64,000 nucleotides of DNA, taken from the NCBI GenBank assembly GCA_965116475.1, contig OZ220691.1, positions 1,152,001 through 1,216,000 of the forward strand. Reading direction: 5' to 3'. The stretch is from Gemmatimonadota bacterium. GTDB taxonomy: Bacteria > Gemmatimonadota > Gemmatimonadetes > Palauibacterales > Palauibacteraceae. Positions 19,369-29,386 of the stretch are shown one piece after another (position 1 is the stretch's first letter; the number at the start of each line of letters is the position of its first letter). The notes beneath the pieces are model-generated. The model was not told the origin of the DNA. It ran no database searches and saw nothing but the letters and a program-made list of their open reading frames with translations. Position numbers and translations under genes: made by a program.

Positions 19369-20376
19369 ATGAACCAGATTACGACCGCCATCGCCGACCT
19401 CGAGCTCGGCGAGCCCACGTTCTGCGGCGGCCTCACGGTATTTCCCCTGCTTGCCCCGGAGACCTCGGATCTCGATTACGTGCTGCTGGGAGACGGGCTT
19501 CGCGAGGGCCGGGTCACCGTGCGCGAGGTGTCGATGGGGGGCAGCGTCCCCGACCTCGAGGTGGAGAACCGCGCCGACCGTCCCGTGCTGATCGTGGACG
19601 GCGAGGAACTCGTCGGCGCCAAGCAGAACCGGGTCGCCAATCTCACGCTGCTGCTCCCCGCCGGGAAGCCGACGATCATCCCGGTCTCCTGCGTCGAGCA
19701 GGGCCGCTGGTCCTACGACAGCCCCGGGTTCCAGGTGACGAACCGGATGCACTTCGCGAGCGGCCGCGCGGAGCGATACGCGAGCGTCCAGGAGTCGATG
19801 CGCAGCGAGGGGACGCGGCGCTCCGACCAGGGCCGGGTGTGGAGTTCGATCGACGACAAGGCCATGGCGATGGACGCCCCTTCGGAGACCGGCGCCATGA
19901 GCGAGATCTTCGAGCGCCACGCGACGGCGCTGGACGACTATGTGCGGGAGGTGGAGGCCGCTCCGAATCAGCTCGGGGCCATCTTCGCGGTGGCGGGCGG
20001 CAATTACGGACTGGACCTCTTCGACCGTCACGCCACCCTCGCCGCGTTCCTCCCGAGGCTGGTGCGGAGCTACGGCGTCGACGCGCTGGAACGGCGCGCG
20101 GAGGGGGACGCGGCGGCGCCGGCCTCCGCGGCGCGGAAGTTCCTCGACCGCGTGCGCGCGGGGACCTTCGATGACCACCCCGCAGTCGGCCTGGGGCGCG
20201 ATGTGGGGATCGTCGCCGAACGCGCCATCGCGGGCGCGCTCGTCGTGGACGACACCATCGTGCACCTGACGGGGTTCTCCAGCCCCCGGGCCGGCCGCGG
20301 CGAGCGAGACGCCGAGCGGGTGTACGCAAACGTTCGCCAGCGGCGCGACGCCCTCCGCCGCCGGCACGCGAGCTAG
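19369..20376 (+). CDS. ARPP-1 (DUF6569)-like domain protein
   Basis: EVSMGGSVPDL, DGEELVGAKQNR, IPVSCVEQGRW and QGRVW motifs; AGGAGGGG RBS. Confidence 0.8.
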   Translation: MNQITTAIADLELGEPTFCGGLTVFPLLAPETSDLDYVLLGDGLREGRVTVREVSMGGSVPDLEVENRADRPVLIVDGEELVGAKQNRVANLTLLLPAGKPTIIPVSCVEQGRWSYDSPGFQVTNRMHFASGRAERYASVQESMRSEGTRRSDQGRVWSSIDDKAMAMDAPSETGAMSEIFERHATALDDYVREVEAAPNQLGAIFAVAGGNYGLDLFDRHATLAAFLPRLVRSYGVDALERRAEGDAAAPASAARKFLDRVRAGTFDDHPAVGLGRDVGIVAERAIAGALVVDDTIVHLTGFSSPRAGRGERDAERVYANVRQRRDALRRRHAS

Positions 20377-20440
20377 TAGTTTATGCAGTCCGCCAGCGCG
20401 TTGGCGGCGTTCCGGCTACGAACGATCGCGTGGAGGACGG

Positions 20441-21673
20441 GTGAAAGCTCCGGGGCGGGGCCGCGAGGCGGCGATGGTCTTCATCTTCATCACCGTCTTC
20501 ATCGACGTGCTGGGGATCGGGATCATCGTCCCCATCCTCCCCGAACTCATCAAGGAGTTCACGGGAGGCAGCACGGCGCGCGCGGGGCGCTGGTTCGGCG
20601 TGCTCGCCGCAACGTACGCCGTCGCCCAGTTCTTCTTCGCGCCCATCCTGGGGTCGCTCTCGGATCGGGTCGGACGGCGTCCCGTCATCCTGGTCGCTCT
20701 CTTCGGCCTCGGAGTCGACTACATCATCATGGGGCTCGCGCCCTCCATCGGCTGGCTCTTCGCGGGCCGCCTCATCGCGGGCGTGATGGGCGCGAGCATC
20801 ACCACGGCGAACGCCTACGTCGCCGACGTGTCGGAACCCGAGAAACGGGCCCGGAACTTCGGACTCATCGGCGTCGCGTTCGGCCTCGGCTTCATCTTCG
20901 GCCCCGCCATCGGGGGCGTGCTGGGCGGCGTCGACCTCCGGCTGCCCTTCTTCGCGGCGGCGGGGCTCGCGCTCGTGAACGCGCTGTACGGCGTCTTCGT
21001 CCTCCCGGAATCGCTGCCACCCGAGAAACGCGACGCCTTCAGCTGGGCGAAGGCCAACCCGGTCGGGAGCCTGTTCGTGCTGCGCTCCTACCCGCTGGTG
21101 GCCGGCCTCGCCGTGTCCTTCGTGTTCATCATCCTGGCCCAGCGCGGCCTCGAGACCGTGTGGGTCCTCTACACCGGACACAAGTTCGGGTGGGACGAAC
21201 TCGCGAACGGCCTGTCGCTGGCGCTGGTGGGGCTCATGGCGGCCCTGGTCCAGGGGGTACTGGTTCAGCCTGTGATCAAGCGCACCGGGGAGCGGCGGGC
21301 GATCCTCGGCGGGCTCGTGCTGGGCATGATCACCTACCTGGGCTACGGTCTCGCCACGCAGGGGTGGATGCTCATCGCGTTCATCATCTTCGGCTCGATC
21401 GGCGGCGTCGCGGGCCCCGCCCTGCAGAGCCTCGTGGCGGGAGCCGTGGAACCGCAGGACCAGGGGAAGGTCCAGGGAGCCCTCCAGTCGCTCATGAGCC
21501 TGACGAGCATCGCGAGCCCCCTGATCTTCACCACCCTCCTGTTCAGCTACTTCACGTCATCCGCCGCCCCGGTGGAATTGCCGGGCGCCCCCTTCCTCCT
21601 CGGCGCCGTCATGTACGCCACGGCATTCGTGGTCGTGTTCCGGCTCTTCCGCCGCATCCCGACCGCCGGATAG
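20441..21673 (+). CDS. TCR/Tet-family MFS efflux transporter
   Basis: 12-TM pattern; motif A GSLSDRVGRRP; motif C GFIFGPAIGG; LPES. Confidence 0.92.
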   Translation: MKAPGRGREAAMVFIFITVFIDVLGIGIIVPILPELIKEFTGGSTARAGRWFGVLAATYAVAQFFFAPILGSLSDRVGRRPVILVALFGLGVDYIIMGLAPSIGWLFAGRLIAGVMGASITTANAYVADVSEPEKRARNFGLIGVAFGLGFIFGPAIGGVLGGVDLRLPFFAAAGLALVNALYGVFVLPESLPPEKRDAFSWAKANPVGSLFVLRSYPLVAGLAVSFVFIILAQRGLETVWVLYTGHKFGWDELANGLSLALVGLMAALVQGVLVQPVIKRTGERRAILGGLVLGMITYLGYGLATQGWMLIAFIIFGSIGGVAGPALQSLVAGAVEPQDQGKVQGALQSLMSLTSIASPLIFTTLLFSYFTSSAAPVELPGAPFLLGAVMYATAFVVVFRLFRRIPTAG

Positions 21674-21721
21674 GCCTTCCGACAGCGTCACCGGTCGACA
21701 CCGACACCGGGGAAACCCGGG

Positions 21722-23887
21722 CTACTGGTCGGGCGTGCCGAGTTGCTGGAGGAGGAAGGCGAGTTCCATGGCGGCGTTGCGGACGTTGCGGGTGAAGGAG
21801 CGGCCGCCGGCGTGGCCCGTGCGCGGGTCGTAGTCGAGGATCACCGGCAGGCCGGAACTCGAGGCGGCCTGCAGGCGCGCGGCCATCTTGCGGGCCTGCA
21901 GCGGGGGCACACGGGTGTCGAGGTCGCCCTGGGTGAGCATGACGGCGGGGTAGTCCACGCCATCGCGCACGTTCTGGTACGGGGAGAACGTCCGCAGCAC
22001 CTCGAACTCCTCGGGCACCGCCGCGTTCCCGTACTCCAGGAGCGCCGGCATGTTGTTCGTGTCGGTGAACTGGTAGAAGCGGATCATGTCGAGGTCGGGG
22101 AGGCCGCAGTAGACGGCGCGGAAGAGGTCCGGCCGCTTCGTCAGCGAGGCGGCGACAAGCAGGCCGCCGTTGCTGCCGCCGCGGATCGCGAGCCGGTCGG
22201 GGTTCGTGTAGCCGTTCTCGACCAGCCACTCGGCCGCGGCGATGAAATCGGCGAACACGTTCGGCTTGTTCTCGAGCATGCCCGCCCGGTGCCACTCCTC
22301 GCCGAACTCGCCGCCGCCCCTCAGCGTCGCCATCGCGTACACGCCTCCCTGCTCCAGCCACGCGGCGGCGCGGGCGTCGAAACGGGGCAGCAGGTTCACG
22401 TTGAAGCCGCCGTATCCGTACAGGAGCGCGGGGCTGCGCCCGTCGAGCGCCAGTCCCCTGCGGTGCGCGACGTACATCGGGGCCCGCGTCCCGTCCTCCG
22501 AGGTATACCACACCTGCTTCAACTCGTACTCCAACCCGTCGAAGGGGACGGATGACGGCCGCCACTCCTCCGTCTCCATCGTTTCGAGGTCGAGCTTGAG
22601 GATGGTGGAGGGGGTGAGGAGCGAGGTCAGCGTGAGGAGGGCTTCGTTCCCGTCATCTCCATGCGAGCGCAGCGTCGCCACGTGGTGCGCCGGGATCGGG
22701 ATCTCCCCCTTCACGGCGCCGTCGGGCCCGTAGCGCACGATCCGGCTGCTCACGTCGCGCAGGTAGTCGGCGTACAGGTCGTCGCCGATGAACCGGTATC
22801 CGGTGAGGAGATCCTCGCCTTCGGGCAGCACTTCCCGCCACCGCGCCGGATCCGGGTCCGGGTTCTCCAGGCTCACCGCGAGGATGCGGTTCCTGGGCGC
22901 GTCCAGATTTGTGAGCAGGTAGAGTTCGTCCTCGACGAAGCGGGTGCTGAAGCGGGCGGGCGCGCCGACGATGAGCGGCTCGGGGGCCGTCCCGGAGCGG
23001 AGGTCGTGCAGGTAGACGTCCGTCCGCGCCCAGCCGTGCTGTACGGTGTAGACGTGCCACCGGCCGTCGCCCCCCTGCGAGAAGCCGACGAAGCGCTCCG
23101 GGCCGTGCCCCTCGCCGAACAGTTCCTCGTCCTCTCCGGGGTCGGTCCCCAGCCGGTGGTAGCGGATCCGTGCCCCCGTCTCCCGCGACCGGCGGCTGTA
23201 GTAGAAGCCCTCGCCTTCCGGATCGAAGGAGACGTTGCCGTACAGGAACGTCGGCAGGCGGTCGGGCAGATCCTCGCCGCGCTCGAGGTCGCGGACGCGG
23301 TACTCGCGCTCGTCCCGTCCCCCGTCCCGGATGGCGTAGATCATGAGACGGCCGTCCGGCGAGAAGTCGATGATGCTCACGCTGGTCGTAGCGTCGTCGC
23401 GCAAGTCGAGCGGGTCGATGACGACCTCGAACTCGCCGTCCGGGTCCACGGGGCCTTCCCGCGGTTCTTCGGGCGCCGGCCGACGGTAGATGGCCCCCAC
23501 CTCGCGGCCCGGCTTCCGGAACGAGAAGTACTCGTAGTCCCCCGCCCGGCGCGGGAAGATGGCTCCGGGCGCATCCATCAGCTCGCGCAGCCTGCCCTCG
23601 AGCGCCATCCGCAGCGGCGTGTCGCCGACGATGTGCTCCGCGTAGGCGTTCTGCTCGGCGATCCAGGCGCGCGTCTCCGGGCTCTCCTGGTCCTCCAGCC
23701 ACCGGTAGTCGTCGGTGAACTCGACGCCGTGCAGGGTGTCGACGACCGGAATCCGGGCCGTCTCCGGCGGGGGCGGCCAAGCCTCGCACGCCGCCACGCA
23801 GACCGCGAGCGCAACGAGCCGCAGCGGCGGGAGCGCACGGACGGCGGGGCCGGCGATGGCGCGGGCGCGGGGTGTCGAGTCCGCCAT
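21722..23887 (-). CDS. Prolyl oligopeptidase (S9A), probable lipoprotein
   Basis: DDYRWLED, GYGGF, GGSNGG nucleophile, DTRV and GHAG triad residues; lipobox VAAC. Confidence 0.93.
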   Translation of the reverse strand: MADSTPRARAIAGPAVRALPPLRLVALAVCVAACEAWPPPPETARIPVVDTLHGVEFTDDYRWLEDQESPETRAWIAEQNAYAEHIVGDTPLRMALEGRLRELMDAPGAIFPRRAGDYEYFSFRKPGREVGAIYRRPAPEEPREGPVDPDGEFEVVIDPLDLRDDATTSVSIIDFSPDGRLMIYAIRDGGRDEREYRVRDLERGEDLPDRLPTFLYGNVSFDPEGEGFYYSRRSRETGARIRYHRLGTDPGEDEELFGEGHGPERFVGFSQGGDGRWHVYTVQHGWARTDVYLHDLRSGTAPEPLIVGAPARFSTRFVEDELYLLTNLDAPRNRILAVSLENPDPDPARWREVLPEGEDLLTGYRFIGDDLYADYLRDVSSRIVRYGPDGAVKGEIPIPAHHVATLRSHGDDGNEALLTLTSLLTPSTILKLDLETMETEEWRPSSVPFDGLEYELKQVWYTSEDGTRAPMYVAHRRGLALDGRSPALLYGYGGFNVNLLPRFDARAAAWLEQGGVYAMATLRGGGEFGEEWHRAGMLENKPNVFADFIAAAEWLVENGYTNPDRLAIRGGSNGGLLVAASLTKRPDLFRAVYCGLPDLDMIRFYQFTDTNNMPALLEYGNAAVPEEFEVLRTFSPYQNVRDGVDYPAVMLTQGDLDTRVPPLQARKMAARLQAASSSGLPVILDYDPRTGHAGGRSFTRNVRNAAMELAFLLQQLGTPDQ

Positions 23888-23906
23888 GGCGCCTCCTGTC
23901 AGGCGG

Positions 23907-24782
23907 TCAGGGGGTGACGGTCACCCGGACGTAGGCGTTGCTCCAGCAGCACTGGTCGCCGCCGGCGCTGTCGTTCGCGTCCCAGTTGTCGGCGCGCGCG
24001 CGCAGCACGTACTCGCCCGGCTCGCTGAACGTCGCCGCGGTCGCTGTCTCGCCGGTCCCGCCCTCGACCGTGATCTGCCACGGCTCGAACGCCACCGGCG
24101 CAGCGGGCCCCTGGTGCTTGAACCAGGTCACCTCCACGTCGACCACCTGGTTCACGAGATCCTCGGGGTCGCGGACGGAGACCTCCTCGGTCCACAGCCG
24201 CAGCGTCAGAGGCTCGCCCACCCGAACCGTGCGCGGCTCGCCCCACACGCCCTGGACGTGCTGGCCCGCCTCCCCCTCGGGGTCGAAGCGGACGAGGGGC
24301 GGTATCGACCCCATGGCCCGCGGCCCGTAGTCGAGCTGCAGCGCCGGGGCGAAGACGCGCGCCGGTACCGGATACGTCACCCCGTTCGACGTGATCGTCC
24401 ACACGACGCGCTGCTCCCCGTCACCGTACGACGCGGGCACCGTGACCGAGAACACGCCGCGATCCCGCCGCGGCCGCACCGGGAAATGCGTGGGCTGCGC
24501 CCCGTCGAACTCGGCCGGCTCGATGAAGTTGTCCGGGCCGATCGGGATTTCGATGACTTCCCGGGTGTTCAGGTTGAAGTAGCCGAACGAGAAGGTGAAG
24601 GTGCCGTCGTCGTTCCGGTACCAACCCTCGAAGAAGGGGGCCACCGGCTCCCCTTTCGGCGGGATCGGCGCGAGCGGCAACCGCTGCACCTGCTGGGCGT
24701 GAACGGGCGCCGCCCCCCCGACGAGGGCGACCGGCGCCACCTGGGCGGCGACCAGGACGGCCGCGACATGTACGCTGCGCAT
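23907..24782 (-). CDS. Exported hypothetical protein with C-terminal PKD/Ig-like segment and vicinal Cys-Cys
   Basis: Signal peptide; PFFEGWYRNDDG, FGYFNLN, QPTHF, FSEPGEYVLR, DQCCWSN motifs. Confidence 0.75.
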   Translation of the reverse strand: MRSVHVAAVLVAAQVAPVALVGGAAPVHAQQVQRLPLAPIPPKGEPVAPFFEGWYRNDDGTFTFSFGYFNLNTREVIEIPIGPDNFIEPAEFDGAQPTHFPVRPRRDRGVFSVTVPASYGDGEQRVVWTITSNGVTYPVPARVFAPALQLDYGPRAMGSIPPLVRFDPEGEAGQHVQGVWGEPRTVRVGEPLTLRLWTEEVSVRDPEDLVNQVVDVEVTWFKHQGPAAPVAFEPWQITVEGGTGETATAATFSEPGEYVLRARADNWDANDSAGGDQCCWSNAYVRVTVTP

Positions 24783-24790
24783 GGCTCGGC

Positions 24791-26185
24791 TCAGTTGTCG
24801 TCGTTGCTGCTGTCGCCGGCGTCGTCGTCGGTCGCGAGTTTCTTCTCCCGCTCTTCGACGAGCCGCTGGAAGCCCTCCTCCGTGAGGTGCGTCACGGCGA
24901 GCCACGCGTGCGACATCTCGTCCCCCGTGCGCGCGCCGCGCGCGTACCAGATCTCCGGGTCCGGGGTCAGTTCGTTCTCCGCCGTGTTGTCGTACCACCC
25001 GGTCATGACGAGGACCGTCCCGGGCGGGAGGAGCGGCGCCACGTCATCCTCGTAGATGTAGCTGTGGTGCCAGCGGGCGTCGAAGTCCGTGACCATGCTG
25101 ATGAGTTCGAGCCTGCCGTCGGGGTAGAGCGCCTGGATCGACATGGCGTGCAGGTGCACATGCCCGTGCGGCTGGAAGCTGTCGAGCCTCACCGGGTGGT
25201 CCCAGCGGTAGAACCCCTGCGTCATCGCGGTCCCTCCCGGCGCCAGCGCGATATCTCCCCTGAGAGGGTAGAGCCGCAGATCCTGCTGGAACTCGGGCTC
25301 GTAGCCCTCCTCGTGGAACCAGATCCCGAGTTCGACCTGATCGCCGGGCACGTCGTATCCCATGGGATAGTAGTGCGCGTCCCACTCGATCATGTCGTTC
25401 ACCTTCAGCATCCGCCCCGCGTCCGCAGGCACGATCTCCCCGACCTTGCCCATCGCGTACTCCGACAGGCTCTGGATGCGCTGGTACTCTCCTTCTTCGT
25501 TGAGTCTCAGCAGGCGCGGGATCGCGTGGTGCACGACCTGCCGCCCGGCGGGGAAGGATGGCCTCGTCTCGAACGCCATCACCCAGCGGTCCTCGTCGAG
25601 CCCCGTCGGCACCCGCGGCCGCCACCAGGTGTCGCCGCCCTCGGCCGGAACGTCGAACGGCTTCGACTTGATCACGTGATCGGGCGGGCCGAGGATGTCT
25701 TCGAGCTGCCACTTCTGCTCGTTCGGCCACTCGATCGGGGGCGGCATGTCGGCCGGATCGCCCTCCGGCGCCCCGGCGTCCGCCCACGCGACGATCGTCC
25801 CGATGTCCTCCTCGCTCAGCCGCCAGTCATCCTTGATGTCCTGGATGCCGACGCCCGTGTCGAGGTGGAACGGGGGCATGAGCCGCTTCGAGACCAGTTC
25901 CTTCATGCGCGAGGCCCAGCGGCGCGTGTCCCGGTAGTCGAGGAGCGGCATCGGCCCCACGGATCCCGGCCGGTGGCAGTTCTGGCAGTTTGCCTGAAGG
26001 ATGGGGGCGACGTCCTTCGAGAACGTGACGTCCACCTCCGTCCCGGCCCCGTTCACCCCGTTCGCGGCCGGTCCCTGTCCCGCGAGATCCCGGAACGTGA
26101 GACCCAGAGCAAGGGGCGCGATGAAGACGGCCAGCGCCGTGGCGCGTGACCAGGCATGGCTCGAATGGCGATGCGATCCACGCAT
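24791..26185 (-). CDS. c-type cytochrome fused to a copper type II (PHM/DBH-like) monooxygenase
   Basis: Signal peptide; CQNCH heme motif and MPP; VVHHA, AHYY, PHGH and DEM Cu-ligand motifs. Confidence 0.8.
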   Translation of the reverse strand: MRGSHRHSSHAWSRATALAVFIAPLALGLTFRDLAGQGPAANGVNGAGTEVDVTFSKDVAPILQANCQNCHRPGSVGPMPLLDYRDTRRWASRMKELVSKRLMPPFHLDTGVGIQDIKDDWRLSEEDIGTIVAWADAGAPEGDPADMPPPIEWPNEQKWQLEDILGPPDHVIKSKPFDVPAEGGDTWWRPRVPTGLDEDRWVMAFETRPSFPAGRQVVHHAIPRLLRLNEEGEYQRIQSLSEYAMGKVGEIVPADAGRMLKVNDMIEWDAHYYPMGYDVPGDQVELGIWFHEEGYEPEFQQDLRLYPLRGDIALAPGGTAMTQGFYRWDHPVRLDSFQPHGHVHLHAMSIQALYPDGRLELISMVTDFDARWHHSYIYEDDVAPLLPPGTVLVMTGWYDNTAENELTPDPEIWYARGARTGDEMSHAWLAVTHLTEEGFQRLVEEREKKLATDDDAGDSSNDDN

Positions 26186-26391
26186 GAGACATCCTCCTCC
26201 AGATGGAACTGCTCCGCTGCCGCTCCCGGCGACTCCTCTTTAACTCCCTGATACAGTGCGAAGAAACGTCGCGTGCGTGCAAGGAGACGTTGCGTCCCGG
26301 GAAACGCGCGTCCACGATGGAGTGTTATCCTTGCAGCCCGCCCGACGGCGAACTGCGGAAGTGCGGAAGAGAGAACAGCGAGAGCGGACGG

Positions 26392-28470
26392 ATGATGAAG
26401 AACCACTGGAGCTGGCGACCGAGCAGCGCCCTTCTTCTCCCCCTTCTCTTCGGAGCCATCTTCGGAGCCGTCGGGGGGACCCCCGCCGCGGCGCAGGGTC
26501 CCGGCGTCGAGGGGGCCGCGTGGACCTACCTGGGCGGCGACGCCTGGCACACCCGCTACACGCCGGCGACGCAGATCGACGCCTCCAACTTCGAGAGCCT
26601 CGAGGTCGCGTGGCGCTGGGACGCTTCGAGCTTCGGGCCGAGCACGGCGCGGGCCACGCCATCCTACGTCGACGGGAAGATGATGACGGTCACGGGCGAG
26701 AACCGGCACGTGATCGCCCTCGACCCCTCCACGGGAAGACTCCTGTGGAGCTTCGCCGAGCCGATGACCTGGCGGCACGAGTACTCGATGCGGAAGGCGT
26801 ACGGGAAGGGCGTCGCCTACGCCGAGGTCGACGGACGCGGCGTCGTCTACATCATCAGTCCCGGGTTCTTCCTCTACGCGCTCGACGCCGACACGGGACG
26901 GCCGCTCGAGAACTGGGGCGAGGCGGTGCCGCTGCCGGGATTCCCGTCCTCGGGGACGGTGGACCTGGTGGCGGACCTCATCGAGGGGTGGGGGCCGTGG
27001 GAGAACCTGAACCAGGAGTACGACCCGGATCAGGGGATGCCGCTCGAGATCGGCTACATCACCGCGTCGTCCCCTCCCATCGTCGTGAACGGCGTGGTCG
27101 TCGTCGGCAACTCCGCGGAGCAGGGCTACAACCAGACCCGGAAGGAGATGGTCCCGGGCGACATTCTGGCCTATGACGCGCGCACCGGCGAGTTCAAGTG
27201 GAAGTTCCACGTCATCCCGCGGCCGGGCGAGTTCGGGCACGAGACGTGGGAGAACGACGCCTGGCAGTGGACGGGAGACGTGTCCCCGTGGGCGCCGCTC
27301 TCGGCGGACCCGGAACTCGGCCTCGTCTATCTCGTCACGAACAACGCCACGATCGACTATTACGGCGGCTTCCACCCCGGCGACAACCTGTTCGGCACCA
27401 GCATCGTCGCGCTCGACGTGGAGACGGGCGAGCGCCGCTGGCACTTCCAGTTCGTGCGCCACGACATCTGGAACTACGACACGCCGACCGCGCCGCTCCT
27501 CATGGACGTGGTCGTCGACGGCCGGCCGATCAAGGGCGTCTTTCAGGCCACGAAGCAGTCGTGGCTCTACGCGCTCGACCGCGAGACGGGCGAGCCGATC
27601 TGGCCCATCGAGGACCGGCCGGTACCGCAGTCGAAGGTGCCGGGCGAGAAGCTCGCCGAGACCCAGCCGCACCCGACGTGGCCCCTGCCCTACGACCTGC
27701 AGGGCCGCACGGAGCAGGACCTCATCGACTACACGCCCGAACTGCGCGAGCTGGCGCTGGAATACGCCCGGGAGAACGACCTCTTCGTGCCGCTCTTCAA
27801 CCCGCCCACGCACGTCGGAAACCCCGATGGCGAGGGGCCGGCGCTCATCTGCCCCGGCGGGGGCGGGGGGGCGAACATCACGGGTCCGCCCGTCGCCGAC
27901 CCCGTGAACGGGATCGTCTTCGTCACGTCGACCAGCGGGTGCTCGCCGGTGATGGTGGCGCCGGGCATCGACTCCGAACTCGATGGGCCGGAACAGACGG
28001 GCGTCACCCACTCCGAATTCTCCCGCGCGATCGGCGTCGTGACGGAGAGCACGGCGGACCAGGCGACGGTCGAGGGGCTGAGGATCTGGAAGGGGCCGGT
28101 CGGACGGATCACGGCGATCGACGTGAACACGGGCGAACACCTGTGGATGATCCCGCACGGCGACGCGCCGGAGCGGCAGCAGGCGGTGATCCGCGACCAT
28201 CCGATGCTGCAGGGAGTGGACGTGAATCCGAACCAGGGCCGGCGCGGCCATTCGGCCATGGTTGCAACTCCGACGCTCCTTCTTGCGTCTGGACAGACGA
28301 GCGATGGGACGCCGCACCTGTTCGCGATCGACAAGCGGACCGGCGAGCGCGTGGGCCAGGTGGAGTTGCCCGGCAACACGCGTTACGGAATGTCGAGCTG
28401 GGTCCACGAGGGCAGGCAGTATGTGATCATCCAGTTGACCGATGGACTTGCGGCGCTGGCCCTGCCCTGA
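26392..28470 (+). CDS. PQQ-dependent (glucose dehydrogenase-like) quinoprotein
   Basis: Signal peptide; W..YLGG...TRY, GDILAYDARTG, GDNLFG, HDIWNYD, LDRETGEPIWPIE, CPG..GGAN motifs. Confidence 0.88.
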   Translation: MMKNHWSWRPSSALLLPLLFGAIFGAVGGTPAAAQGPGVEGAAWTYLGGDAWHTRYTPATQIDASNFESLEVAWRWDASSFGPSTARATPSYVDGKMMTVTGENRHVIALDPSTGRLLWSFAEPMTWRHEYSMRKAYGKGVAYAEVDGRGVVYIISPGFFLYALDADTGRPLENWGEAVPLPGFPSSGTVDLVADLIEGWGPWENLNQEYDPDQGMPLEIGYITASSPPIVVNGVVVVGNSAEQGYNQTRKEMVPGDILAYDARTGEFKWKFHVIPRPGEFGHETWENDAWQWTGDVSPWAPLSADPELGLVYLVTNNATIDYYGGFHPGDNLFGTSIVALDVETGERRWHFQFVRHDIWNYDTPTAPLLMDVVVDGRPIKGVFQATKQSWLYALDRETGEPIWPIEDRPVPQSKVPGEKLAETQPHPTWPLPYDLQGRTEQDLIDYTPELRELALEYARENDLFVPLFNPPTHVGNPDGEGPALICPGGGGGANITGPPVADPVNGIVFVTSTSGCSPVMVAPGIDSELDGPEQTGVTHSEFSRAIGVVTESTADQATVEGLRIWKGPVGRITAIDVNTGEHLWMIPHGDAPERQQAVIRDHPMLQGVDVNPNQGRRGHSAMVATPTLLLASGQTSDGTPHLFAIDKRTGERVGQVELPGNTRYGMSSWVHEGRQYVIIQLTDGLAALALP

Positions 28471-28527
28471 CGGCCACTCCGGCCGGACGGGCTGAACCTT
28501 ATCGAGAGCTTGAGAAAGAAGAAAAAA

Positions 28528-29199
28528 ATGCTGCGTGAACATCTGAATTCCGGACGCGCGGGCGTCTGCGTCGCCGTGGCGTTGTCCGTACTCGTCGCCG
28601 GGGCGTGCATCGAGAGCGAGGACACGATGGAGCCCACGCCCGTGAACGAAGCACCGGTCGCGGTCGGCGTCGTGCCGCCGGTGACCGTTGCGGCCGGCAA
28701 CCATGTGACGGTGGACGTGTCCGGCTTCTTCCAGGATCCGGACGGCGACCCGCTCCTGTACGGCGCGGGGACCTCGAACGCGCTCGTGGCCGGCGTCTCC
28801 GTCTCGGGCAGCATGATGACCGTGGTCGGGGTCGGGACGGGCCAGGCGGCCGGGTTGCTCTTCGCTCGCGATCAGGCTGGCGGTGAAGCCGTGCAGAACT
28901 TCCTGATCACCGTGCCGAACCAGCCGCCGGTGGCGGCGCAGTCCCTCCCGGCGCTGAGCCTGACCACGGGGCAGGTACACCAGATCGACCTGTCGCAGTA
29001 CTTCAGCGATCCGGAGGGCGACGACCTGACGTACAGCGTCACGACCGGGAACACGCTTGTCGCGGTGGGAGCGGTGTCCGGCAGCACGCTCACGGTGGTC
29101 GGCGTGACGGTAGGGAGCACGACGATCACGGTCACGGCGCGGGACGCGGACGGCGGCGAGGTCCAGCAGGAAACGCCGGTGGTCGTGAGCAGCCGCTAG
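28528..29199 (+). CDS. Lipoprotein with two tandem Ig/cadherin-like repeats
   Basis: Lipobox VAGAC; two repeats of N.(A/P)PVA...F.DP(D/E)GD.L.Y...A.D..GG. Confidence 0.8.
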   Translation: MLREHLNSGRAGVCVAVALSVLVAGACIESEDTMEPTPVNEAPVAVGVVPPVTVAAGNHVTVDVSGFFQDPDGDPLLYGAGTSNALVAGVSVSGSMMTVVGVGTGQAAGLLFARDQAGGEAVQNFLITVPNQPPVAAQSLPALSLTTGQVHQIDLSQYFSDPEGDDLTYSVTTGNTLVAVGAVSGSTLTVVGVTVGSTTITVTARDADGGEVQQETPVVVSSR

Positions 29200-29386
29200 G
29201 GTCCGCGAGGGCCGCGCCGGGCCGGGGGCCGCAGCGGCGCCTGTCGAGCGGTGACGGGCAGTGACGGGCGGGGCTCGTTGAAGATGTGACCCGTCCGGGG
29301 ATTGCTTCGTGTTAGGAGTGGCACACCGAAAACCCGGTTTGGCGCGAGCGATGAACGTTTCGCTCAGGCGCCTTGAAGGAGGCAAC

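Noticed and set aside
20441..21673. Calling the MFS gene a tetracycline-resistance tetA
   Set aside because: Family motifs only; no tetR or mobile context, so the substrate cannot be assigned.
29326..29360. Sigma54 promoter (TGGCAC / TGGCGC) upstream of the barrel gene
   Set aside because: No correctly spaced -12 TTGC element.
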